From positions 1 through 59,859 of the forward strand of contig DAIQMY010000001.1 of the NCBI GenBank assembly GCA_036788695.1: a stretch of 59,859 nt of DNA, read 5' to 3'. Position 1 is the stretch's first letter; the number at the start of each line of letters is the position of its first letter. The DNA is from Candidatus Levyibacteriota bacterium (lineage in GTDB: Bacteria; Patescibacteriota; Microgenomatia; Levybacterales; GWA1-39-11). The position numbers were made by a program, and so were the translations under genes. This document shows positions 8,674 to 19,382 of the stretch, one piece after another. Below the pieces are notes generated by a model, which searched no databases, had not been told where the DNA came from, and saw nothing but the letters and a program-made list of their open reading frames with translations.

Positions 8674-10395
8674 TTAATTTAATGCATTTTGAGGAATTAC
8701 TTTAGAGGAAGGAACTGCCACATCATTGGCTGATTGATCAAGTTTTGCAATAAATGGAAAACTAAATGATACTGTTGTTCCTTCCCCTTCCTGACTATCC
8801 AACCAAATCTTTCCGCCATGGGATTCAACAATTCCTTTTGAAATATAAAGACCCAATCCTGTTCCACCCTCTTTACGAAGACCGCTTGCTAGCTGCCCAT
8901 ATTTTGAAAAAAGAAGGGCTATTTTTTCCTGGGGTACTCCTACTCCATTATCATGTACAGAAACGGTTATTTGACCATTTTGTAATGCTGTAGTGGCAGT
9001 TATGAGACCGTTGTCAGGAGTAAATTTTAATGCATTTGAGAAAAGATTATTCAAGACCTGACCAATCCTTTGTGCATCAAACATGCTTTGTGCAATTGTC
9101 GTATCTAGATTTGTATTAATGGTAATATGACGTGTCTGAGCAACAAAAGAAAATGTAAGCGCCTTCTCTTTTACTAATTCATTAATACTTGAAGCAGTTT
9201 TATTTAATGTAAATTTCCCCGCCTCAAGCTTACTCATGTCCAAAATATCACCTATATCTGAAAGCATACGCTCTGTGGAATCATGAACTATATGAAGCAT
9301 TTTAGACATATCATCTTTTCCTAATTTCCCGTCTAACAACAATTGAGACGCTCCCTTAATAGATGTTAATGGAGCACGCAACTCGTGCACAACCATACTT
9401 GTAAACGTTTCACGCATTTTCTCGATATCACGTTCAAAAGTAACATCTTCCATAGTAACTGCTACCCCTATAATAGTCTGCGTACTATGAAGAAAAACAG
9501 GATTTAAGTACACTTTAAAGCACCGATCATAAATTGATACATCCTTTAATATGGTGCTCTTCCTCTGGATCGCAACATCTTTTATGTCCTTAACCAGGTC
9601 ATAATGCATACCAAAATGCGCAATAACCATGGCTGTATCTGGCTTACCTGCTACATGAAGAAAGTCTTTTGCCGCAGTATTAATAGCAGAGAGTTTGAGC
9701 GTGTCTTTTTCGATTAAAAATAATAGTGCTCCTGAAGTTAACGAGAATAAAAAAGAATCAAGCTTCCCTTTTTCTGTATTTATAACTCCCTCAATTTTCC
9801 CAACTGTCTCAAGTGTATTATCAACTGTTCTTCTCAGTAATGCCTTATCATCATCTGAAAAAGCATTTTTTTTGCTAGATGATATGCAGATTGCACCTAT
9901 ACATTGGTCATTTATGATAAGAGGCAATCCGTAAAATGAAGCTGGTTTTTCATTAAAGTAGACTGGGTTTACCTCTGAAAATTCTTTCCGAGCAGAAGCT
10001 ATAACAACAGTATCAGAGGGATTTTGTAGGCGCTCATAAATAAAGGCTAATGTATCCTTTTTAAGCTGGTCCAAAAAAACAGGACCCACAAACCCGTCCT
10101 CTATAGCTCTGTAGGTAATTGTTTTATTATCTAACAACGCATATGATAGTGCGCTGTGTTCAATGACGCGACCGGCAGTTTCTACAATAGTGCTTATGAT
10201 TGTGTTTATATTCAATGAATACCCGATTTGCTCAGCAACGGATTGGGATACTGAAAGCTCATATAGCCTTCTTGAAAGCTCCTTGTTTTTTTTCCGTAAT
10301 TCTTCTTCAGTCCCACGTAGTCTTTTTATTGAAAAAAGAGTTATTGATCCTAAAAATAACGCGAGAACTAAAAACAAAAAGAATGATTGAATCAT
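8674..10395 (-). CDS. sensor histidine kinase (TM, GAF-like, HisKA, HATPase)
   Basis: HELRAPLTSI H-box, NNLFSNALKF N-box, DNGVG and GTGLGL G-boxes. Confidence 0.95.
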   Translation of the reverse strand: MIQSFFLFLVLALFLGSITLFSIKRLRGTEEELRKKNKELSRRLYELSVSQSVAEQIGYSLNINTIISTIVETAGRVIEHSALSYALLDNKTITYRAIEDGFVGPVFLDQLKKDTLAFIYERLQNPSDTVVIASARKEFSEVNPVYFNEKPASFYGLPLIINDQCIGAICISSSKKNAFSDDDKALLRRTVDNTLETVGKIEGVINTEKGKLDSFLFSLTSGALLFLIEKDTLKLSAINTAAKDFLHVAGKPDTAMVIAHFGMHYDLVKDIKDVAIQRKSTILKDVSIYDRCFKVYLNPVFLHSTQTIIGVAVTMEDVTFERDIEKMRETFTSMVVHELRAPLTSIKGASQLLLDGKLGKDDMSKMLHIVHDSTERMLSDIGDILDMSKLEAGKFTLNKTASSINELVKEKALTFSFVAQTRHITINTNLDTTIAQSMFDAQRIGQVLNNLFSNALKFTPDNGLITATTALQNGQITVSVHDNGVGVPQEKIALLFSKYGQLASGLRKEGGTGLGLYISKGIVESHGGKIWLDSQEGEGTTVSFSFPFIAKLDQSANDVAVPSSKVIPQNALN

Positions 10396-10444
10396 AGATT
10401 TATTGTATACCTGATAGGAAGTGCGAGCAATACTAATATTAAAA

Positions 10445-10834
10445 CTACGATGCTGCAGGAGTCTTAGGAGGTGCTATCAGTGCGTTTACTTTTTGAACAA
10501 GGCTGTCTGGGGACACTTCGTATTTCATGATGTAATCTTGAGCGCCTAATGTTTTTGCTTCATTTACTGTCACATCATTTGAAAAATTTGAAAGCATAGA
10601 TATGGGAGTATTTGAGCTTGCACCAGTTGCGCGTATTGTTTTTAATGCTTCATTACCTGAAAGATCAGGCAGCATTTGATCTAACAATATCACATCAAAT
10701 TGTTCATTCTGTGCAAGGCTAATCCCGTTTGATGCGTCTCCCGCAATTTTAACCTCATACCCTGCGCTTTTAAGCGCCGTTTCAAAAACAGATGCTACAG
10801 CTAATTCATCATCTACTATTAATACCTTAGGCAT
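10445..10834 (-). CDS. stand-alone response regulator receiver
   Basis: VLIVDDE, ILLDQMLP, GAQDYIMK; no output domain. Confidence 0.93.
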   Translation of the reverse strand: MPKVLIVDDELAVASVFETALKSAGYEVKIAGDASNGISLAQNEQFDVILLDQMLPDLSGNEALKTIRATGASSNTPISMLSNFSNDVTVNEAKTLGAQDYIMKYEVSPDSLVQKVNALIAPPKTPAAS

Positions 10835-10956
10835 AATAATTTAAGTATACAGCATGTAATGCATAAACCGTAAGATTAATTCATCTTACTTATGCCTACA
10901 AATCAGTACTTATCTACCGTATCATCCCATTTTATAAATTGCAATATAGAGATCAA

Positions 10957-11808
10957 TTAATCCCTTACAAAAAATGTTTCCCCTGCAGTTACTATCTCTA
11001 TGTCTCCTTTTTCATCTGTACGGAAAAAAGGAACTGAATAGGTCTTGAGCAATTCAAGTATAACTGGGCTTGGATGATTATACCTATTGCGCAAACCTAC
11101 AGATAAAATATCAAGTTTACTTTTCACAAGTTGGAATGTACTATCATCTGCCCCTGTCTTGCTTCCATGATGAGGAAGCTTAAAAATATCCACACTCAAA
11201 CCGTTCGGAAAAATTGTATGCAACCTCTCTTTCTCTATATCCCCTGTTAAAAGCATTGTAAACTTTCCATATGAAATTAATTGAACCAGAGAAAAGCTAT
11301 TTGTACTCTCAGATGCCATATTTTGAGAAACAAATTCTTGAGTTGGCCAAAATGTCGCCAGAACAATTCCATCAGGAGTTATATACTTATCACCATAAAC
11401 TAAATAGCGGACTGGAATATGATCATCCTTTAGCTCCCGCATGAGAGACTTAAAAATACCTGTTTTACTATCTTTTTTAGGAATATTAAACTGTTTAATA
11501 CGATACCCCTTCAAAATATATCTGTATCCCCCAATATGATCAGCATCGGGATGAGTCGCGAAAGCAAGCTCAATTTCCCTATCCCATAAAGGCATATGCT
11601 TTGAAAGACAATCAAGAATTTTATCATTGGGACCCGCATCCACCAAAATATCTAAACCCTGAGGAGTTCGCATCAGAATACCATCCCCCTGCCCTACATC
11701 ACAAAAGTATACATGCAACCTCTTATCGCTATGCTGGATGAACTGAAAAAAGATAAGACCACCTACAACACAGAACGAGATAAAAAATACAGCTAATCGG
11801 ATTTTCAT
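10957..11808 (-). CDS. ComEC-associated metallo-beta-lactamase-fold nuclease
   Basis: DVGQGD, THPDADHIGG, LTGD, HHGSKT, NRYNHPS motifs. Confidence 0.92.
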   Translation of the reverse strand: MKIRLAVFFISFCVVGGLIFFQFIQHSDKRLHVYFCDVGQGDGILMRTPQGLDILVDAGPNDKILDCLSKHMPLWDREIELAFATHPDADHIGGYRYILKGYRIKQFNIPKKDSKTGIFKSLMRELKDDHIPVRYLVYGDKYITPDGIVLATFWPTQEFVSQNMASESTNSFSLVQLISYGKFTMLLTGDIEKERLHTIFPNGLSVDIFKLPHHGSKTGADDSTFQLVKSKLDILSVGLRNRYNHPSPVILELLKTYSVPFFRTDEKGDIEIVTAGETFFVRD

Positions 11809-13040
11809 CTAGACTTTTTCACTTTCCCCCGTAAGAATACAGTAACTCCCAGGGCAAAAAAATAATATGATAGAAGAAACGGAATAGATATAGTTGAAAA
11901 TTCAAAAAGAGGAAATGATCCAAAAAAGCCGGTAATCATTTCAAAATATAAAAGAAGAGGATAAGAAATATAGAGGACTGGAACTGATACAATAGGTAAA
12001 GTAATAGCACAAACTGCTGCAATTCCCCCTAAAATCATAAGAAACGGAATTGTCCAAAGTACAAGAGCGTTCGCAAGTATAGAAACGAAAGAGTACGAAC
12101 CAAATACCCCTGCCATAACAGGCAAGCTTCCTATTTGGGACGCAATAGAAGTTGTAATATCATCTGAAAATATTTTTGTATTTTTAAATCTCCACAGTGA
12201 ATCGAATAATGGTTTACAGAAAACAATCCCAAGAGTTGAAGTAAAAGAAAGCAAAAATCCAACATCAAAAATTATCTCCGGTTGAACAAAAAGCATAAGC
12301 CAGGCGGTTATACAAAGAGCAAAAATGCCTGAATTTTGCCTCCCAAGTATTCCTGCGCTAAATGCTACACTTGCCATAACGCTTGCCCTCACAATAGAAG
12401 GAGAAAAGCCAGATAACAAAGCGTAGTAAAAAACCCCAAATATCGCGATTACTAATGCTTGCCTTCTCATAAGAAAACGTGAAAATAACGCTATCAGAAA
12501 GGATGCAACCATAGTAACATTCATTCCAGATGCAGCAACCACATGCAAAACTCCTGCATTTTTAAATGAAGACTTTGTATCTGATGTGAAGTCCTGACTC
12601 CCCCCAAAAACAATTCCAAATAAAAGCGCTGCCTCATTTTGAGGCAAATAGGAAAAGAATGTTTTAGAAATTCGTGTTCGTATGTATGACGCAGTTCTAA
12701 AAAATATGTTTGTGCTCTTTGTGCTCTTTATGACCGGGTTATGAATAACTAGATAGCTTACTACTTTCTTATTCTTTGCTTCAAATGATTCCTTATCAAC
12801 TATACCCTCTATATATATTTCGTCACCGTAGTGGACTTCATTCTCTTGTGGTATACGAATTTGAACTGATGAGACAGAAAAGGTCTTGACAAATTTATTA
12901 TTCTTCGGCTCTGAAAGAAGGGTAATTTTTTCTTGTAATGTGTCCCCGGGTAAATACTTTTTTTCATACGTAAAAAAGAATGCATACCTAATCCCCAAAG
13001 TTAAAAGGAGCACTATACAAATCAGGATAATGAATTTCAT
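11805..13040 (-). CDS. comEC: ComEC/Rec2 competence membrane protein
   Basis: GVLHVVAASGMNV, SIVRASVM, GFLLSF; lacks a fused MBL domain. Confidence 0.92.
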   Translation of the reverse strand: MKFIILICIVLLLTLGIRYAFFFTYEKKYLPGDTLQEKITLLSEPKNNKFVKTFSVSSVQIRIPQENEVHYGDEIYIEGIVDKESFEAKNKKVVSYLVIHNPVIKSTKSTNIFFRTASYIRTRISKTFFSYLPQNEAALLFGIVFGGSQDFTSDTKSSFKNAGVLHVVAASGMNVTMVASFLIALFSRFLMRRQALVIAIFGVFYYALLSGFSPSIVRASVMASVAFSAGILGRQNSGIFALCITAWLMLFVQPEIIFDVGFLLSFTSTLGIVFCKPLFDSLWRFKNTKIFSDDITTSIASQIGSLPVMAGVFGSYSFVSILANALVLWTIPFLMILGGIAAVCAITLPIVSVPVLYISYPLLLYFEMITGFFGSFPLFEFSTISIPFLLSYYFFALGVTVFLRGKVKKSR

Positions 13041-13046
13041 AAATAC

Positions 13047-13673
13047 TCATGGGCTGATCAGATCTTTTATTTTTGAAAATGTAGCAGCGCCTACTATTTT
13101 TTTTGAAAGCAATTCATCAACAGATGCGTATGGTCTTCCTCCAATTATTTTCTGAGCAGTAACGGAACCTACCCCAGGAAGTGACTCTAGCTCAGATTGA
13201 GATGAGGCGTTAATGCTAACTAAGCTACTGCTTGTTTTATCCATGAAAACTTGCGTATTTGATTGAGGAATTTGAGTTTCTCCTGCTTTAGGAATATATA
13301 TCTTTGCCTCGTCTTTTACTATTGCAGCAAGATTAATAGATTTTGAGACATACTCATAGTCTGCTAGGGTGGTTATTCCTCCGGCGGCATCTAAGGCATC
13401 TTGGATACGGGAACTACTTTTTAATCGGTAAACGCCAGGATTTACTACCTCTCCTGAAACATCTACCATAATTTCTGTTTCTTTTTTTTCAGTTGATAAT
13501 CCTTTTACCTCCTCCTCTGATTTAAATTCTATCTTACCACTCGGACTTAAAAGAAATTGGATCAAACCAATACTTAAGAATATCAAACCACCGGCTACCA
13601 AAGCTGAGAAAAGTAAATTTTGCCGTATTAAGATTAGGACGCTTTCACCTATTGAATTTGTTTCTTTATCCAC
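13047..13673 (-). CDS. comEA: ComEA DNA-binding protein (SLBB + HhH)
   Basis: VDVSGEVVNPGVY, INASSQSELESLPGVGSVTAQKII. Confidence 0.93.
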   Translation of the reverse strand: MDKETNSIGESVLILIRQNLLFSALVAGGLIFLSIGLIQFLLSPSGKIEFKSEEEVKGLSTEKKETEIMVDVSGEVVNPGVYRLKSSSRIQDALDAAGGITTLADYEYVSKSINLAAIVKDEAKIYIPKAGETQIPQSNTQVFMDKTSSSLVSINASSQSELESLPGVGSVTAQKIIGGRPYASVDELLSKKIVGAATFSKIKDLISP

Positions 13674-13740
13674 TTTTCATAAAGCGTATTAGAATACATG
13701 AGAATATTCAAGTATTAAATTAGAGTATAGCTAGCTAGAG

Positions 13741-16700
13741 CTAGATTACGAAGTTTATAATTTTGAGAGGTATATAAATAGTTTTTTTAATTTCAGCTTC
13801 CGAAAGATACTTATCTACCTCTATCCGTGCTTGGTTTTCTAAATAGGTACGATCAGGCATTGGTTCCTCAACTTTTATTACCATTTCACCTCGTTTTTTC
13901 CCGTTTACTTGGATTACTATAGTTATCTGCTCTGAGGCAAGATACTTTTCATCCCACTCTGGCCACCCTGACAGATGAATTGAATCTTTTTGACTTAACA
14001 CACTATGCCACAACTCATCAGTCATAAACGGTGCAAACGGTGCAAGCAGCTTTAAAAATACTTCTGCCTCTTGTCTTGAAACCTCTTTATGGCTAGATAA
14101 AAAATTGTACCACTCCATAAGCCCTGCAATTGCAGTGTTATATTTAAATTCTGATATATCCTGCGTTACTCTCTTTATAGTCTTATGCATCATCCCTAAA
14201 CCTTCATCTGAAAGCTTAAAATCAGTAACAATTGAAAACTTCTTCCATACTCGTCTGATAAACCGATTCATACCCTCAATTCCTGAATCTCTGAAATCTC
14301 CGCCATCTGAGAAGGGACCTAAAAACATTAAGTATGCTCGAAGCGTATCAGCTCCATATTTCAGAATATATTCATCAGGCACCACTACGTTCCCTTTTGA
14401 TTTGCTCATTTTCGCTCCATCCTTAATAATAAGCCCATGAGCAAAAAAACTTTCAAAAGGTTCTTCAAAATCCACAAATTTTAAATCGTACAGTACCATC
14501 GATATAAATCGACTATATAAAAGGTGTAGCACTGAATGCTCTGCTCCGCCAATATACTTTTTAACAGGAAGCCAACGTTTTTGGATGGTTTTATCCCATG
14601 GAGTAAAATCTTTTTGATCTATTTTGATACCTCTGGATATACTTTTTGCATTTTTGTTATCACCAGTTATGAGAGGGTCTGAGATATAACCCAAGAAATA
14701 CCATGCACTATCCAGAAAAGTATCAGACACATCTGTTTCACGCTTTGCCTTACCATTACAGGAAGGGCAACTCGTTTCATAAAATTCAGGATGATTCGCA
14801 AGAGGAGAAAGCCCAGTACCCATTGGCTTCCAATCATCTACGTCAGGAAGTGCTATGGGTAAATCCTCAAGTGGCGCGGAAAACCATCCAGGCATTTCAA
14901 TTTTTTCCCCTTTACCAGATTTTTTACATGATTCACAAAATATCATAGGAATTGGTGGACCCCAATATCTCTGTCTTGAAATAAGCCAGTCACGTAAATG
15001 GTACTGAACCTTCTTTTGACCAATACCAGCTTCTATTAATTTGTTTACTACAGTATTCATGCCCTCAGCCACTTGCAACCCATTCCAAGCGCCAGAGTTA
15101 ATTAGCTTTCCTTCTCCCACATAAGCTCCCAGTTCAAGATTTGAATCTTTTGCTGTTATAACTTCTCTTATAGGAAGCTTGTGTTTTTTTGCAAAATCAT
15201 AATCTCTTTGATCATGTGCAGGAACTGCCATAATCGCACCTGTCCCATACCCCATGAGTACATAGTCTGCTACCCAGACTGGAATTTTCTCGTTATTTAT
15301 AGGATTTATCACATACTGACCTGAGAAAACACCTGTCTTTTCCTTTTCATCAGCAGTCCTTTCATTTTCTGACTTATTGTGTGCCCTTTTTACATATTCT
15401 GATACTTTATTCTCCACTCCCTCTCTGAGAAGTGAAGAGACAAATGGGTGCTCGGGAGATACGACAAGGAATGTTGCACCAAATAAAGTATCCGGACGAG
15501 TTGTAAAGACTTCAATTGAAGGAAGAAGGTGTTTTACTATTTCCGGTTCTGTCTCACCGGATAGATGATCTCCCTGTGCTACTACTTCAATAATCTTCCC
15601 GCCTATCTTTTCTCTTATAAAGTCCGCCCTTCCACCCGGAACGGCTGTATCATTAAGTGCTTTGAGTAATATAACTTCCCCCGCATTCTTTTTTATTTTT
15701 TCAAAATCAAACTTCCAATCAAATGTTTCCTCAAATGGTCTTTTATGATCCAGGAAGCCTGGCTCGGCAAAACCTGCTGCAAGCACTAAGCCACGAATGG
15801 GAACATCTAATCTTTCTACTACTTTTAAGGCAATAACTGATCCCAAGCTGTGACCAAATAAAATTGTATCTGCATCAAAAGAGTAATTATCTATAACATA
15901 CTGTACCTGCTCATCAACTGTTGGATTTTCTGTTTTTGGGAGGTTTGGAACCATTACAGTATGTCCCTTTTTCTCCAACTCAGCCTTAAGCCAAGGATGG
16001 AAGTTAGATGTAGAATCAGCGCCAAAACCATGAAGGTTGATAAATCGGTACTTTTTATCTATTGGGAACTCTATCACTGCACCAGTCTTTCTGCCAATCC
16101 AGTTACGTTGGGAAATTTTCACCTTCTCAGTCCAATCTAATGTCTCAATATTCTGAAGAAGTCTTTCCGCATAATCTGTAATTTTAAAAAACCATTGTTC
16201 TAAGTCTTTTTTTTCAACTACAGAAGAACAACGTTCGCATTTCCCATCAATTACCTGCTCGTCAGACAATACCGTCTTGCAGGATGGGCACCAATTCACT
16301 TCTGCTTTCTTACGGTATGCCAAGCCTGCTTGAAACAATTTTATAAATAACCACTGTGTCCATCTATAATATAAAGGATCATATGTCTCCAAGGTCCTAC
16401 TCCAGTCAAATGAGTTGCCAATACTCCTTAACTGTCTGTAATAGTTCTCCTGAGAAAGCTTTGCTTGATCTTTGGGGTGACGCCCCACCTTGAGGGCATA
16501 GTTTTCTGAATGAATCCCAAATCCGTCTAAACCGATTGGCTCAAAAACGTCACTCCCCTTCATTCTATTAAACCGAGCGTATACATCAGCACCCGTAAAG
16601 GCATACATATTCCCCACATGAAGCCCTTCCGCAGAAGGGTAAGGGAACATCATTAAGTTAAAATAAGGTTTACTAGCGTTGAGTAAATCAGGCGTAAATG

Positions 16701-16770
16701 TTTTATCACTCTCCCATTTACTCTGCCATTTAGCCTCGATTTCCTGATGATTATAGGATAAATCCTTCAT
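13741..16770 (-). CDS. leuS: leucine--tRNA ligase with inserted alpha/beta hydrolase domain
   Basis: MFPYPSAEGLHVGN, FTTRPDTLFG, GTGAIMAVPAHDQRD, KMSKS; insert at about 15520-16053 contains GHSLG. Confidence 0.97.
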   Translation of the reverse strand: MKDLSYNHQEIEAKWQSKWESDKTFTPDLLNASKPYFNLMMFPYPSAEGLHVGNMYAFTGADVYARFNRMKGSDVFEPIGLDGFGIHSENYALKVGRHPKDQAKLSQENYYRQLRSIGNSFDWSRTLETYDPLYYRWTQWLFIKLFQAGLAYRKKAEVNWCPSCKTVLSDEQVIDGKCERCSSVVEKKDLEQWFFKITDYAERLLQNIETLDWTEKVKISQRNWIGRKTGAVIEFPIDKKYRFINLHGFGADSTSNFHPWLKAELEKKGHTVMVPNLPKTENPTVDEQVQYVIDNYSFDADTILFGHSLGSVIALKVVERLDVPIRGLVLAAGFAEPGFLDHKRPFEETFDWKFDFEKIKKNAGEVILLKALNDTAVPGGRADFIREKIGGKIIEVVAQGDHLSGETEPEIVKHLLPSIEVFTTRPDTLFGATFLVVSPEHPFVSSLLREGVENKVSEYVKRAHNKSENERTADEKEKTGVFSGQYVINPINNEKIPVWVADYVLMGYGTGAIMAVPAHDQRDYDFAKKHKLPIREVITAKDSNLELGAYVGEGKLINSGAWNGLQVAEGMNTVVNKLIEAGIGQKKVQYHLRDWLISRQRYWGPPIPMIFCESCKKSGKGEKIEMPGWFSAPLEDLPIALPDVDDWKPMGTGLSPLANHPEFYETSCPSCNGKAKRETDVSDTFLDSAWYFLGYISDPLITGDNKNAKSISRGIKIDQKDFTPWDKTIQKRWLPVKKYIGGAEHSVLHLLYSRFISMVLYDLKFVDFEEPFESFFAHGLIIKDGAKMSKSKGNVVVPDEYILKYGADTLRAYLMFLGPFSDGGDFRDSGIEGMNRFIRRVWKKFSIVTDFKLSDEGLGMMHKTIKRVTQDISEFKYNTAIAGLMEWYNFLSSHKEVSRQEAEVFLKLLAPFAPFMTDELWHSVLSQKDSIHLSGWPEWDEKYLASEQITIVIQVNGKKRGEMVIKVEEPMPDRTYLENQARIEVDKYLSEAEIKKTIYIPLKIINFVI

Positions 16771-16864
16771 AGATATTTTCAAGTATAGCATGCCTGCATT
16801 TATTTCTAAATACCTAAAGGGTAATTTGCTTGCAGATTTATCTTTTTGTGAATATAATTTATAT

Positions 16865-17473
16865 ATGAAATACCTAACACAAAGCGCGGTGCTTCTTCTC
16901 TCTACAGTTTTTGTATTAATAGTTGCTGAAACTCCCCTTTCCCCCTATATCCCTGCCTTTCTTATCTTAATAGGTATAGTCAGCACTATTTATACAATTA
17001 TCTTAAAACGAAAACGCCGCGGCCAAGAAGTATTTCTAGGCAACAACAAAGAGGTATTTACTATTATTGTGTTTGTGCTTCTCATAATCTTTCTGACAGG
17101 TGGAATACGCTCACCTATCTTTTTTCTAACTTATTTTATCTTCTTTGGTCTTGCATTTATTTTTGAGCCTGTAATGATCTTTTTCTTTCTCCTGTGTCTT
17201 GTTGGAATATTTGTTCCTCAAGCGATACAGGATGATGTATTTGGTAATATTTTGAAACTGTTATCTCTTCTCTTTTTATCTCCAATTGCGTACTTCTTTG
17301 GGAGGGAATATAAACGTCGCGAGAGAATACAGCAAAAAATTAAAGATTCAACTGAAATTATTATAGATGAAGCAAAAGATATGATAAAAGCAAAAGATAA
17401 GAATGAAAGATTAAGAAAAGCAGAAGATATAATTGAAGTTGCACATGAACTACAAAAAGAAACAAAGCAATAA
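16865..17473 (+). CDS. hypothetical integral membrane protein with coiled-coil tail
   Basis: Several hydrophobic segments and a charged C-terminus; TATAAT lies 6 nt before ATG 16865. Confidence 0.75.
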   Translation: MKYLTQSAVLLLSTVFVLIVAETPLSPYIPAFLILIGIVSTIYTIILKRKRRGQEVFLGNNKEVFTIIVFVLLIIFLTGGIRSPIFFLTYFIFFGLAFIFEPVMIFFFLLCLVGIFVPQAIQDDVFGNILKLLSLLFLSPIAYFFGREYKRRERIQQKIKDSTEIIIDEAKDMIKAKDKNERLRKAEDIIEVAHELQKETKQ

Positions 17474-18177
17474 TGAATAAGGCGATCCTTATACTCCCAT
17501 TTGTTCTAGGATTTGTTGCGTCAAGGGCATATGCTGCACCTATGTCAAACTCTGACTACTTTTTAAACTTAGAAATGAGCACTACAGAGGAATATATTAA
17601 GCCTGCAGACAAGAGCCTTCCCGCACCTGAAGTGCCAAAAGCAAACCAGATTACGGGAGATGGTTATATTATTATTTTCACGCCAGAAAACGAAGAGATA
17701 AAACCGCTTTCCATCTCAAGCACTAACAATAGTATCAATTTTGGAGAAATAATCCCAGGAGAACCTCTTACACGTACTCAATCTATTACCGTACATCCTG
17801 CGACAAATAAGGGTTTTCAATTGATGGGATATGAAGACCATAGCCCTTCACAAGGAGAATTTTCAATTCCAGATACATCATGTGATTCTGGAAATTGTAA
17901 CAATACGCTATCTGAATCCTGGGAAAACCCCTTAACTTATGGCTTTGGCTATTCTTGTTCTAACGTTGAAACAAAAACGTGCGATAATGGTTTTAGTGAT
18001 AACAGATACAAAAGCTTTTCAAATGATTCCGCATTAGAAGAGCCCAAGACCATACTTGAATCAGATACAAGCAGCGTTGCAAAAGCGGTAATAACCTACA
18101 AGCTAAACATACCAGGCACACAACCTCAAAAAGCGTATCGCAATACAGTATATCTTATTGCCGTGCCTAAATTATAA
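17473..18177 (+). CDS. secreted WxL-like surface protein
   Basis: Signal peptide (AYA-A), INFGEI, YGFGYSC, ITYKLNI...YRNTVYLIAVP pattern; family assignment is an inference. Confidence 0.6.
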   Translation: MNKAILILPFVLGFVASRAYAAPMSNSDYFLNLEMSTTEEYIKPADKSLPAPEVPKANQITGDGYIIIFTPENEEIKPLSISSTNNSINFGEIIPGEPLTRTQSITVHPATNKGFQLMGYEDHSPSQGEFSIPDTSCDSGNCNNTLSESWENPLTYGFGYSCSNVETKTCDNGFSDNRYKSFSNDSALEEPKTILESDTSSVAKAVITYKLNIPGTQPQKAYRNTVYLIAVPKL

Positions 18178-18425
18178 ATAGTATTGATTTATCAACCTAA
18201 ATTATACTATATATTTCTTGTCACTAAATTAAATAGATTGCCAAAATTCACTGAATTCTCAAGCTCATTTAGTTGTTACATTTTGATATATTTAGTATTC
18301 CCTCAGCATATATATCATTTTTACCGCTTAACGTGGCTAATTTCTAAAATATTTCTACTATTTAGAGGGTTGTGGAGGTTAAATTATCACTTCACTTTTT
18401 ACTGTTGCTATACTACACTATATAT

Positions 18426-19382
18426 ATGGATAAAAAAATACGCATCCTCTCTGTACCTCTCATGATGACTCTACCTGTTGGCTACGCCTACGCCGAAGAT
18501 ACCTCTATGAGTGTTTACCCCGCAATTATGCAAATAAAAGCAAATCCAAGCTCATATGTATCAGCACCTATATCCATAAGAAATAATGCTAAGGAAGCAG
18601 TAACCCTAGATGTTCTACTTCGCCCTTTTACGTCTGAGCCTAACAGAACAGGGTCTGTTTCATTTGTGCCATCAGGTCAAGTATCAAAGGCAGAATCAGA
18701 ATTCATAAATGGAATAAAAATACTTGATGAAGATAAAGAAGTTAAATCTATCAATCTATATCCTAATGAATCTAAAAACCTACTGGTTACCTTTACCGCA
18801 CCAGGCAAACCTATGGATTATTATCTGTCGCTTATCTTTATTTCAAAACCGCAAGCCACGGATAGCACAAGCAAAGATACTACCACAACAGTAACAACTG
18901 GAATTGGAACAAATATGCTCATATCTATACAAAACGCTAAACAAAAAGCTTCAGGTGTAATTACCGAATTTGAGGCTAGCAAATTTGTTATAAATAGCAC
19001 ACCATCTATGGAGCTTCTGGTAACCAACACGGGTAATACATACGCCTCTGTAAACGGTACAATATCAATTTATAATATCTTTGGGAAGCAGATAGCATCA
19101 ATACCCCTGAAACAGACATTCCTGCTTGCTAAAGAATCAAGAAATTTAACTACAGTATTACCGCAAACAGTCAGAAATAATATAGTTTGGGACCAAAAAT
19201 TTCTTCTGGGAGCATATAAAGCTAAAGCGACTGTTACATTTGATAATGTTTATACTACCCGCGCAGAAAGCATGTTTTTCTCAATCCCTCTTCTTATACT
19301 TCTACTCGTAAGCGTTATCCTATGTGTCATTCTTGGAGTTCTATTTCAAGTAGTGAATAAACTTAACTTTAAAAGCAAATAG
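18426..19382 (+). CDS. DUF916/WxL-interacting-like protein with C-terminal TM anchor
   Basis: Signal peptide, beta-rich Ig-like domains (ISIRN, VTNTGN, GAYKAKATV), C-terminal TM plus basic tail; TACACT lies 6 nt before ATG 18426. Confidence 0.6.
   Translation: MDKKIRILSVPLMMTLPVGYAYAEDTSMSVYPAIMQIKANPSSYVSAPISIRNNAKEAVTLDVLLRPFTSEPNRTGSVSFVPSGQVSKAESEFINGIKILDEDKEVKSINLYPNESKNLLVTFTAPGKPMDYYLSLIFISKPQATDSTSKDTTTTVTTGIGTNMLISIQNAKQKASGVITEFEASKFVINSTPSMELLVTNTGNTYASVNGTISIYNIFGKQIASIPLKQTFLLAKESRNLTTVLPQTVRNNIVWDQKFLLGAYKAKATVTFDNVYTTRAESMFFSIPLLILLLVSVILCVILGVLFQVVNKLNFKSK

Noticed and set aside
13722-13745. Three CTAG motifs after the leuS stop
   Set aside because: No copy of coding sequence and no hairpin.
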